The notes under the pieces were generated by a model. The model was not told where the DNA came from, did no database searches, and saw only the letters and a list, made by a program, of their open reading frames with translations. Shown here in pieces: positions 7,676-16,300 of a stretch of DNA of 64,000 nucleotides. The translations under genes and the position numbers were made by a program. Position 1 is the first letter of the stretch; every line of letters begins with the position of its first letter. This DNA is from Polyangia bacterium (lineage in GTDB: Bacteria > Myxococcota_A > Polyangia > Palsa-1104 > SHYY01), in assembly GCA_036263495.1 (NCBI GenBank), contig DATAGU010000330.1:16637-80636 (forward strand), given 5' to 3'.

Positions 7676-9163
7676 GTGAGGGCCATGTCGGAGCTGGAGC
7701 GTTCTGCTGCGGTCCCGGTGGCCGGTCGAGAGCCCACCCGGGCCCAGGCCGGGGCCCCGGCGCGCAAGATCCTGGTGGTGGATGACGAGCCCGAGGTGGC
7801 CAGCAGCCTGGCGGAGATCCTACGCGAGGAAGGCTACGCCGTGGACGTTGTGGGATCGGCCGAGGATGCGCTCGAGCGATTTCGTTTGGAGACCTATCAT
7901 CTCCTCCTCACCGACCTCCTCCTGCCGGGCAAGAGCGGCGTCGATCTGACCAAGGCGATCCACGATAGTTGTCCGGCCACGGCGATCGTGCTCGTCACGG
8001 GGCACGCCACGGTGAAGACCGCGGTGGCGGCGCTCAAGCGCGGCGCCGCCGACTATGTGCGCAAGCCGGTCAACCCGAAGCGGCTCAAGGAGCGAATCGC
8101 CACGCTGCTCGCCAACCGCCCGGATTACCTGCCCAACCGGCTCCTGTCGGTGGGGCGCTCGGGAGAGGTCCACTTCGAGGGGATGATCGCGCGCACCCGC
8201 GTGATGCACAACGTCTTCGAGAAGATCAAGCTGGCCGCCCAGGCCGACGCCACGGTGCTCATCACCGGGGAGTCGGGGACGGGCAAGGAGCTGGTGGCGC
8301 GGGCGGTCCATCGGCGCTCGCGGCGCATGAGCGGCCCGTTCGTGGCGGTGCACACCGGCGCCATCCCGCGCGACCTCATCTCCTCGGAGCTGTTCGGTCA
8401 CGAGAAGGGCTCCTTCACGGGGGCGGTGGAGCGCAAAGAAGGCAAGTTCGAGCTGTCCGAGGGCGGCACCATCTTCCTCGACGAGATCTCGACCATGGAC
8501 GAGCGCACGCAGATCAACCTCCTGCGGGTGCTCGAGAACTTCACCTACATGCGCATCGGCGGCAAGAAGGAGCGCGCGGCCGATGTGCGTGTGGTGGCCG
8601 CCACCAACCGCGACCTGTCCAAGATGGTGGAGGAGGGGACCTTTCGTGAGGACCTCTACTACCGGCTGAACATCCTCCAGATCAGCCTGCCGCCTTTGCG
8701 CGAGCGCAAAGAGGACATCGCGCTCCTGGCCAACGAGTTCGTGCGCCAGTTCTCCGAACAGTACCGCACCACGGTGGAGCTCGTCCCCGCGGAGACGCAG
8801 CGCCTGCTCGATGGGTATCACTGGCCGGGCAATGTGCGCGAATTGCGCAACGTGATCCAGCAGGCGGTGCTGCTCAGCGGCGGTCGGACCCTCGCCCCGG
8901 AGCTCCTGCCGCAGATGATCTACCAGGCCGGCCCCGTGGAGGAGGTCATCCGCATCCCGCTCGGGGTGTCGATGCGCGAGGCCGAGCGTGAGATCATTTT
9001 GCGCACGCTCGATTCCAAAGAGGGGAACAAGAAGACGACCGCCGAGGTGCTCGGGATCAGCCGCCGGTCGCTGTACAACAAACTTGCCGAGTATGGCGCG
9101 GACGCGGTACGGCGGCGTCCGAGCCCCCCGGCCTCCCGGTCTTCCCGGGACGCGGGGCGGTAA
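7676..9163 (+). CDS. sigma-54-dependent response regulator (NtrC family enhancer-binding protein)
   Basis: REC domain (ILVVDDEPEV...LLLTDLLLPG). AAA+ sigma-54 interaction domain (GESGTGKE, GSFTGA, ATNRDL). C-terminal Fis-type HTH (TAEVLGISRRSLYNKL). GTG at 7676, alternative ATG at 7685. Confidence 0.9.
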   Translation: MRAMSELERSAAVPVAGREPTRAQAGAPARKILVVDDEPEVASSLAEILREEGYAVDVVGSAEDALERFRLETYHLLLTDLLLPGKSGVDLTKAIHDSCPATAIVLVTGHATVKTAVAALKRGAADYVRKPVNPKRLKERIATLLANRPDYLPNRLLSVGRSGEVHFEGMIARTRVMHNVFEKIKLAAQADATVLITGESGTGKELVARAVHRRSRRMSGPFVAVHTGAIPRDLISSELFGHEKGSFTGAVERKEGKFELSEGGTIFLDEISTMDERTQINLLRVLENFTYMRIGGKKERAADVRVVAATNRDLSKMVEEGTFREDLYYRLNILQISLPPLRERKEDIALLANEFVRQFSEQYRTTVELVPAETQRLLDGYHWPGNVRELRNVIQQAVLLSGGRTLAPELLPQMIYQAGPVEEVIRIPLGVSMREAEREIILRTLDSKEGNKKTTAEVLGISRRSLYNKLAEYGADAVRRRPSPPASRSSRDAGR

Positions 9164-9214
9164 GCCTCACGATCGACGCCAGAGATCACAATCAGGAGCC
9201 AGGAGCCCCACGCG

Positions 9215-9931
9215 ATGGCCATGTCCAAGCCTCTCGATACACTGGCGCTCGCGCACCTGGCGGCCGCGCTGGCGCACGAGGTCCGTAACCCGCTCAATTC
9301 CATTGCTATCCATGCCGATCTCCTGGCCTCGCGTCTGCGCAAGGCGGGCCTGGCCGATCCCACGGCGATCGAACGTTCGATCGGATCACTTGGCCGCGAG
9401 GTCGAGCGTATCGATCGCATTCTTGGAACGTATCTAGATTGTGTGGGACCGCGTGAGTTCGAGCGTCAGGTGCTGGTGGTAGGGGATGTGGTGCGAGCGG
9501 CGCTCGAGCGAGCTCGCCCGCAGGCCAAGGAAAGGGAGATCCGTCTGCAATCGCGCATCACGCCCGCCGAGGCGCGCTGGACGTTCGACGAGGCGGCGCT
9601 CTGCCGGGTGCTCGATCTGCTCATCGAGAATGCGCTCGATGCTTCCTCGGCAGGGGGGACGGTGACGGTGCGGGCCAACGTCCGGGGAGGGCGCGGCACC
9701 CTCGATGTGACGGACGAGGGAGAGGGCATCGCGAGCGAGGCCCTGTCGCAGGTGTTCCTCCTCGGTTACAGCACGCGTGAGGGGCGTAACGGCGTGGGGC
9801 TCACGGTGGTCAAACAGATTATCCGTGGGCACGGAGGCTCCGTTACGGTACAGTCGGACGGTCCAGGAAAGGGCGCGACCTTCCGGATCGAGCTGCCGCT
9901 CCTGGCCCCTGACACATCCGGCGCCGGCTAA
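9215..9931 (+). CDS. soluble histidine kinase (HisKA + HATPase_c, no sensor domain)
   Basis: H-box LAHEVRNPLNSI, N-box IENALDA, G-boxes DEGEGI and GVGLTVVKQIIRGHGGSV. No TM segment. Confidence 0.85.
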   Translation: MAMSKPLDTLALAHLAAALAHEVRNPLNSIAIHADLLASRLRKAGLADPTAIERSIGSLGREVERIDRILGTYLDCVGPREFERQVLVVGDVVRAALERARPQAKEREIRLQSRITPAEARWTFDEAALCRVLDLLIENALDASSAGGTVTVRANVRGGRGTLDVTDEGEGIASEALSQVFLLGYSTREGRNGVGLTVVKQIIRGHGGSVTVQSDGPGKGATFRIELPLLAPDTSGAG

Positions 9932-10118
9932 GCCGGCGTACGTCTCCTATTCCGTAATTCGGGCACCAAGCCCGACGGCCGCAAGCCGTAGTACCGTCTA
10001 CTCTCCTGTCCCGAGCCCAGCGCTCGGATGCCGGTGACATGCACCGAAACGCGACGAATTGGCTATGATGGCCATCGTCGAGGCAAAGCGTCGGAGGGGG
10101 AAACATGAGGAGGAGCAC

Positions 10119-10268
10119 ATGATGGAAAAGACGATGAAGAGGATCGAAAAGAAGCTGGCCTTGAAGAAGGAATCGCTCCGGCGACTGACGGACAAGGAGC
10201 TGAGAGGAGTCGCCGGAGGGGCAGAGCCCACCCAAGACTGCACGATCTGGACCTGCATAGGTCCTTAA
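10119..10268 (+). CDS. double-glycine-leader peptide precursor (49 aa); predicted core AEPTQDCTIWTCIGP
   Basis: GAGGAGGAG Shine-Dalgarno at 10107-10115, then ATG ATG. The leader KKLALKKESLRRLTDKELRGVAGG matches the GG-type bacteriocin/natural-product leader pattern (K-rich, L-x-x-x-EL-x-x-V-x-GG). The core is 15 aa with C-x4-C. An imperfect hairpin at 10269-10296 follows the TAA. I judge the track ORF start at 10059 to be too long. Confidence 0.6.
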   Translation: MMEKTMKRIEKKLALKKESLRRLTDKELRGVAGGAEPTQDCTIWTCIGP

Positions 10269-10495
10269 GCTCACTGCCGGCGACCGGGCACTGAGCGCCC
10301 GCACGACCCACCCCAAGCCCATCATGTGTCCCCGATACCGGAAGCGCGGCGGCTTCCATCCCTGGGGCTTCCCTCACCGACCAGCACTCCAGAGAGCACT
10401 GTTCCGAGAAGCCGATCGAGCTTCACGATGTCGGTCCTGCGTCCGAACCGTCACGACAAGAGACATTCACCGGCAGAACATTCGCTGATATTCTG

Positions 10496-13312
10496 ATGGG
10501 TATGATTGGCCACCGCACGAGCTCAGACGTTCCGGTGGCAGCTCAGGATACAGATCCTCCGACCCTCCCGGATCCGCCTCGGGAGCAGCCGGTCACCATC
10601 ACCACGGAGGGCACCGATCCTGGTGTCAGCCGCGGCGGCGCCGCGCATGTACGTCCAGCCCCCCTTCCTCGTGAGGCCGATGCCGGGTCTACCCCTGGGG
10701 CGGCGAACGCCGTGGAGGGGCAACAGACGGCGCCCGTCACCATCCAGCCAGGCTCGGTGGTCGAGAAGGGGTTGGTGGTCGGAGCGGTTGTCGGTGGACG
10801 CTACGAGCTCCGCGCGCTCCTTGGCGAGGGCGGTATGGGGGCGGTCTTCCTTGCTCATGACGAGGTCCTGGGCGCGGACGTGGCGCTCAAGTTCGTGCTC
10901 CGTGATCTGACGCATCGCGAACAGGACTTGCGGCGCCTGCGAGCCGAGGTCCTGCTGGCGCAGAGGGCCTCGCACCCCAACGTCTGCCGCACCTATGACC
11001 TGGAAGAGCTCGATGGTCTGCTCTTCATCAAGATGGAGTATGTGGCCGGCGAGACGCTGGCGCGGCGGTTGGCGCGCGAAGCCAAAGTGTCGATCGATGA
11101 GCTCTTGCGCCTGGCGCGCGCGATCACGGCCGGTCTCGAGGCGGCGCATGCCCAGGGGGTGGTGCACTGCGACCTCAAACCGGAGAACATCCTCATCGAG
11201 CACGGCACCAAGCGGCCGGTGCTGATGGACTTTGGAATCGCCCGCGCGACGGCGCGGGGGACGACGAGCGGTGACTCGCTCTTCTGGGGGACGCCGGCCT
11301 ATATGGCGCCGGAGCAGCTCTCGGGCGGGAGCGTGGATGCGCGCACCGATCTCTATGCGCTCGGTTGTGTGCTGTATCAACTGGCCGTGGGCGAGGTGCC
11401 CTATCCGGAGGTGACGTCGTCCCGGTCGGCGCTGCATTATCTCGACGAGCCGATACCGGACCCGCGGGTCAGGCGGCCCGATCTGCCCTTCTGGCTGGCG
11501 GCGATCATCCGCAAGCTGCTGGTTAAGGATCCGCGCCAGCGATACCCCCATGCGGCGGCGTTGCGCGCCGCGTTGGCCGGGCCGCTGCGCTTGGAGGGGC
11601 GGCGCCTGTGGATACCGTTCGTCGCTGCGGTGGTCCTCGGCCTGGGGGCGATCGGCGTGTATCGATCGATGGGCCACAAGGTGGAGTGGCACGCGGATAG
11701 CCGTGTCCGTGTGCCGGCCTATGAGGAGCATGCCGGCTCTCCCAACATCTCGCCCGATGGCCGCTGGCTCGCCTACATCTCCGATCGCGAGGGGCCTTGG
11801 CGCCTGTACGTCGAGCCGATCTCGGGGGGGCCCGCGCGCGTGCTGCCGTGGGAGGGGCTCTTGTACCCGGTGCGCTGGGCTCATGACAGCCAGTCTCTCC
11901 TCGGCGTGGTGTACAAGGACGCCCGTGTGGTCCGTGTCCCGATGGTGGGGGGGGCGGTGGAGGAGGTGGCACGGCCGGCGGTCGACGTGGCCGACTGCAA
12001 GGGACGGCTGGTCCTGCGCACCCGGGGCGACGGTCAGTGCGCCACCTGTTACCGCTGGACGGCGCAGGAGGGGACCGGCGAGGGGGCCCGCTGGCGCGAG
12101 ATCCTCCGGGTGCCGGAAGCGGCCGTGATCAGGGCCATGCATTGCGATCCGAGTGGCCGGCAACTGACCTTCGCGGCGCTGCTGCAACCGCAAACGGGGG
12201 GCATGGTGCAGCAGGCCGACATCTATGTGCTCGACATCGACAGCGGCTCGCTCCGGCGGCTCACGTTCGACCATTACTATAATGATCACCCGAAGTTCGC
12301 GCCGGACGGCAAGACCATCATCTTCTCGTCGAACCGCAGCGGCGCTCACGAGCTGTGGGAGATCCCGGTCCAGGGGGGGGTGGCCATGCCCCTCACGAGC
12401 AGCGGCGGTCACACCAAGTCCCTGCCGTTCGACATCACGCCCGACGGTAAGCTCCTCATCTACAATCACGAGAGCGAGGCCGACCAGCTCTACGCGTACC
12501 GTCTCGACAGCCCGGATCGACGACGCATCAGCCATCCCTTGTCGCAGAAGCTGCGGCAGCCGTTCGTGACGCCGGATGGCCGCCAGCTCGTGATCCTCGT
12601 GACGCGCCAGGAGAAGAGCTATGCGGTCGTGCTGCCACTGACGGGGGGCGAGGAGCGGATCCTCACTGCGGCCGATGCGGTGGCCCTCGGCCTGGATGGC
12701 ACCGAGCTGATCTTTGCCCTGAACGAGGAGCAGGGCGCGCGGATCCTGGCCATGCCCCTCGGTGGGGGGGAGGCGCGGCGCATCACCCACGCCCCCGGGC
12801 CGGTGTCGAACCTGGCCGTAGACCGCGAAGGCTGGGTCCATCTGGCGATCCGGCAGGGAAGTGCCCGCGGCGGCTGGCGAGCCCCGCTGGCCGGTGGGGA
12901 GGCGGTGCGCGAATCGGCGCCGGGAGCCTTGCTGGTGCTGCCGGCCCCCGTCGGCGGCTGGCAGCTCGTCGGCTTCGAGCGGCCGGACAAAGGGTTTCGC
13001 TGGCGCTTGATGGGCCCGGGCCAGCCGCCGCCGCCGCCCCCCCTGTCGGAGGATCCGCGCTCCAAGGCCTCCGAGGCGGGTCTGCACGTCGCCTGGGCGA
13101 GCGATGGCAAGTCGTGGTTCAGCTGGAACGGCACCGAGATCTACCGCCGGTTCCTGGCGGGACGACCGGAGCAGCTCATCCTGCGCACCGAGCTCGTGAA
13201 CGGCATGACCGTGTCGAGCAACACCAACACGTTGTTCGTGGTGGAGGACGCCGGTCACACGGTGCGGCAGGTCATCGCCAACTTCGGCGACCGGCCGCGC
13301 CCGGTCAAGTGA
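10496..13312 (+). CDS. receptor-type Ser/Thr protein kinase: cytoplasmic kinase, one TM helix, TolB/PD40-like beta-propeller ectodomain
   Basis: Kinase motifs GEGGMGAVF, VALKFV, HCDLKPENIL, DFG and GTPAYMAPEQ. TM helix LWIPFVAAVVLGLGAIGVY. Repeated PD40-like SPDGRWLAYISDR, FAPDGKTIIFSSNRSG, ITPDGKLLIY and VTPDGRQLV. Confidence 0.9.
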   Translation: MGMIGHRTSSDVPVAAQDTDPPTLPDPPREQPVTITTEGTDPGVSRGGAAHVRPAPLPREADAGSTPGAANAVEGQQTAPVTIQPGSVVEKGLVVGAVVGGRYELRALLGEGGMGAVFLAHDEVLGADVALKFVLRDLTHREQDLRRLRAEVLLAQRASHPNVCRTYDLEELDGLLFIKMEYVAGETLARRLAREAKVSIDELLRLARAITAGLEAAHAQGVVHCDLKPENILIEHGTKRPVLMDFGIARATARGTTSGDSLFWGTPAYMAPEQLSGGSVDARTDLYALGCVLYQLAVGEVPYPEVTSSRSALHYLDEPIPDPRVRRPDLPFWLAAIIRKLLVKDPRQRYPHAAALRAALAGPLRLEGRRLWIPFVAAVVLGLGAIGVYRSMGHKVEWHADSRVRVPAYEEHAGSPNISPDGRWLAYISDREGPWRLYVEPISGGPARVLPWEGLLYPVRWAHDSQSLLGVVYKDARVVRVPMVGGAVEEVARPAVDVADCKGRLVLRTRGDGQCATCYRWTAQEGTGEGARWREILRVPEAAVIRAMHCDPSGRQLTFAALLQPQTGGMVQQADIYVLDIDSGSLRRLTFDHYYNDHPKFAPDGKTIIFSSNRSGAHELWEIPVQGGVAMPLTSSGGHTKSLPFDITPDGKLLIYNHESEADQLYAYRLDSPDRRRISHPLSQKLRQPFVTPDGRQLVILVTRQEKSYAVVLPLTGGEERILTAADAVALGLDGTELIFALNEEQGARILAMPLGGGEARRITHAPGPVSNLAVDREGWVHLAIRQGSARGGWRAPLAGGEAVRESAPGALLVLPAPVGGWQLVGFERPDKGFRWRLMGPGQPPPPPPLSEDPRSKASEAGLHVAWASDGKSWFSWNGTEIYRRFLAGRPEQLILRTELVNGMTVSSNTNTLFVVEDAGHTVRQVIANFGDRPRPVK

Positions 13313-13316
13313 TCGC

Positions 13317-16300
13317 TTACTTCGCGGGCGCGGTCTTGGCCGTGATCTGGGCGGATTCGGTGCTACGCTCGAGGTAGAGGCGAGCGACGGGATCGTCGGG
13401 GTTCACCGCGAGCACGCGCCGCATGAGCTCGGCCGTGGTGGCGAACTCCCCTGCGCGATAGGCCTGCGCCCCCGCCTCGAAGTCCGCTCGCGTCTTTTGT
13501 TTGAGCTCCTTGAGGTGCGCGGGATCGGCCTCGAACACCTCGTAGACGGCCACCTTCTTCTGCCGCCCCTTGACCGCCACCTCGTCGACGAAGCGGTGGG
13601 CGAAGCGAGAGGGATCGCTGAGCCGTGCGCGCGTGTCCTCGCTGATGAGGACGGTGACGCGGTAGCTCTTGGTCAGGCTCTCGATCCGGGAGGCGGTGTT
13701 GACCGCGTCGGAGATGACGGTGTTCTCCATGCGCTCGGTCTCGCCGATGGTGCCGAGCATGAGGCTGCCGGTGTGCACGCCCGCGCCCATCCGGATGGGC
13801 GCGAGGCTCCGGGCCGTGCGCTCCTCGTTGAGGCGCTCGAGCTCCTGGTGCAGGGCCACCGCGGCCCTCACGCTGTCGTCGGCGGTGTGGGGGAACAGGG
13901 CCATGATCGCGTCGCCGATGTACTTGTCGATGAAACCGCCATGCTGGCGCATCACCGGACCGATGCGGCGCAGGAGCTCGTTGATGAAGTCGAACGTCTC
14001 CTTGGGCGTCATCTGCTCGGAGAGCGTGGTGAAGTCGCGGATGTCGGCGAACAAGATGCTCATCTCGCGCTGCACCTGATCGCCGAGCGCCACCTCGAGG
14101 ATGCTCTCCTTCTCGAGGTATTTGAGGAACTCGCGCGGCACGAAGCGGCTGTAGGCGCGGGTGAGCGCCATCTGTTGCCCGTACAGGGTGGCGTTCTCGA
14201 TGGACACCGCGGCCTGGGACGACAGGAGATCGATCACCTGCAGGCGCGCCGGGGTGAACGCGTTGTGGGTGAGGTTGTTCTCGAGGTACACGGCACCCAC
14301 GAGCCGCCCCTGCTTGATGAGCGGCGCGCACAGGATCGAGCGCGGCTTGCGAAGGGCCACGTAGGGGTCGCGCGCGTGCGGGCCGAGGCTGCTCGCGTCG
14401 TCGAGCACCACGCTCTCCAGGGTGCGCGCCACGTACTGGATGAGCGTGAGCGGGAGATCCTCGGGCCCGGCCGTGGGGCCGCTCGCGCCGAGCGCGCGCG
14501 CCACGGTGGCACCGGTGTCGTCGACCTCGCCGGTGGCGGCGATCACCCAGGCGCCGTCCTGCGACCGTGGCAGGACGAGCCAGCCGCGCTGCGCGCCCGC
14601 GTTCTCGAGCACGATGCGCATGAGCGCCGAGAGCAGCTGCTCGAGCACGATCTCGCCCGAGAGGGCCTGCGAGGCGCGCAGCACGCTCGACAGATCGAGC
14701 GCCGCCCCGGTCGACCGTCCGGTGGTGGTAATGGTCGTGGACACCTGCGTCCGCACGGGGTTCTGGGCATCGTCTCCCGCGCCCGCGCCGGGGCCGGGAT
14801 TGATGTGGAGCCGGAGCTGCGCGTAGCGAGCCTCGAGATCCCTGACCTTGGCGCGCGCGCCCCAGCGCTGGTAGGCGTAGCGCGCCTCGTGCATGTAGAA
14901 CGCGGCCACGCGCGGCTGCGCGGTCTCGAGGTAGAAGCGCCCGGCCAGCTCGCAAGCGAGCGCTTCATCGTTCAGCCAGCGGTGCTCGCGCGCGGCGTCG
15001 ATGGCCTGGTCGTAGAGCTGGCGCGCCTCCTCGGTGTCGCCGTGGGTGCGGGCGTCCTCGGCCGCCACGAGGAGGTAGCGATGCCGGAAGGTCATGGGCG
15101 CGTGCTCGGCCCAGAGCGCGAGCTTCTTCTTCGCCTGGCCGATGCGCTTGCGCAGGCTGCGCACGCGCTGCGGCGGGAGCCCGTCCCCGTCCCCGGTCTT
15201 GGAGAGCAGCCCGAGGCGCGCCAGGGCCCCGTAGAAGGTGACGAGCACGGTCGTGAACGTGCAGATCTGGCTCTCGAGGTAGCTGTCGGCCTGGTCGGCG
15301 TGGGAGGCCGCGCCCTCGGGATCGCCGAACAGGAGGGCGAGGAGCAGCTTGTGCATGTGGTAATCGCACAGGGTGTTGCCGTTCTTGGCCTCGAGCAGCT
15401 GCGGCACCACCTCACGCTCGTCGTAGACCGTGCCGATGAGCTGCAGCGGGCTACCGGAGGCGGGGGACTCCGAGGAGCCCGGTGACTCGCCCATCAGGTT
15501 GATCACCGACTGCTGCCACATCGTGTGCCCACGCAGCGTGAAGGGCTGCTTCATGTCCACGATGAGGCGGCCGTAGCGCTCCATCTCCCGCCGCACGCGG
15601 TCGAGATCCTCGCCGGCGGCGAAGAGGTAGTAGCAGTAGAAGCGCGCGCAATGCGCCCCGTATTCGTAGTCGCCGGTGTCGAGCCCCTTCTGCACGCCGT
15701 CGAGGAGCCGCGGCAGCGACTCGCGCAGGTGCTCGCGCCAGTGGCGCAGGAGCACGTTCAGGGTGAAGCAGAACCGGACCTGGTTGGCCGCCGAGCCGTA
15801 GCGCTCGTGCACCACCTCGGCGAGCCGCGTGAAACGCAGGCCATCGGCGACGTCGCCGATGAAACCGATGCGGATCACGGCCCACGAGCCGTAGACCAGG
15901 CCGGTCTCCGGGCCATTGCCGTGGCGCACCGAGGTGATGATCTCCTCGCAGGTGAGGAGCGGCAGGAGCTTGGGTCGCGCGAACACCGCCGGCGCCGCCA
16001 CAGCGAACATGATGCGGATGGCCAGGCGCTGCCGTGGGTCGGTCATCTCACCGAGCTCGGCCAGCGCCTCGGGCGACTTGCCCCGCAGCGCCCACCAGGC
16101 GCGGCCCATGCCGGCCAGGATGTGTGGCACGCTCGGCTGCGCGGGGAAGCGCACGCCGAGCTGGGCCAGCAGCCCGAGCGCCGTGTCGATCGCCTCGCTC
16201 AGGCGATCCTGCAGCCCGAGCGCCTGGATCTTGATCTCGTAGACCCGCTGCACGTCGAGCACGTCGCGGGCGTGGGCCACCACGGCGTCGACGTAGCCGG

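Noticed and set aside
9932-10118. A sigma-54 promoter in front of the GG-leader peptide gene, expected because an NtrC-type activator is next door.
   Set aside because: The candidates GGGCACCAAGCCCGA and TGGCTATGATGGCCA both fail on the strict GG-N10-GC spacing or the -12 GC dinucleotide.
10059-10118. The longer 69-aa version of the GG-leader peptide, starting at 10059 (MAMMAIVEAKRRRGKHEEEH...).
   Set aside because: There is no Shine-Dalgarno sequence before 10059, whereas GAGGAGGAG sits just upstream of the ATG pair at 10119/10122. GG-type leaders are normally 15-35 residues.
10523-13258. Very long ORFs antisense to, or out of frame with, strongly supported genes. Examples: 10523..13258(-), 15525..18221(+), 1896..3233(+), 4053..5522(+), 20280..22763(-), 38304..39947(-), 40349..42256(-), 56128..57288(-) and 57739..59187(-).
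   Set aside because: Each is shadowed by an ORF with clear domain motifs on the other strand or in another frame. Their translations are Arg/Pro/Ala/Gly-rich low-complexity strings typical of off-frame reading in ~70% G+C DNA, where stop codons are rare.
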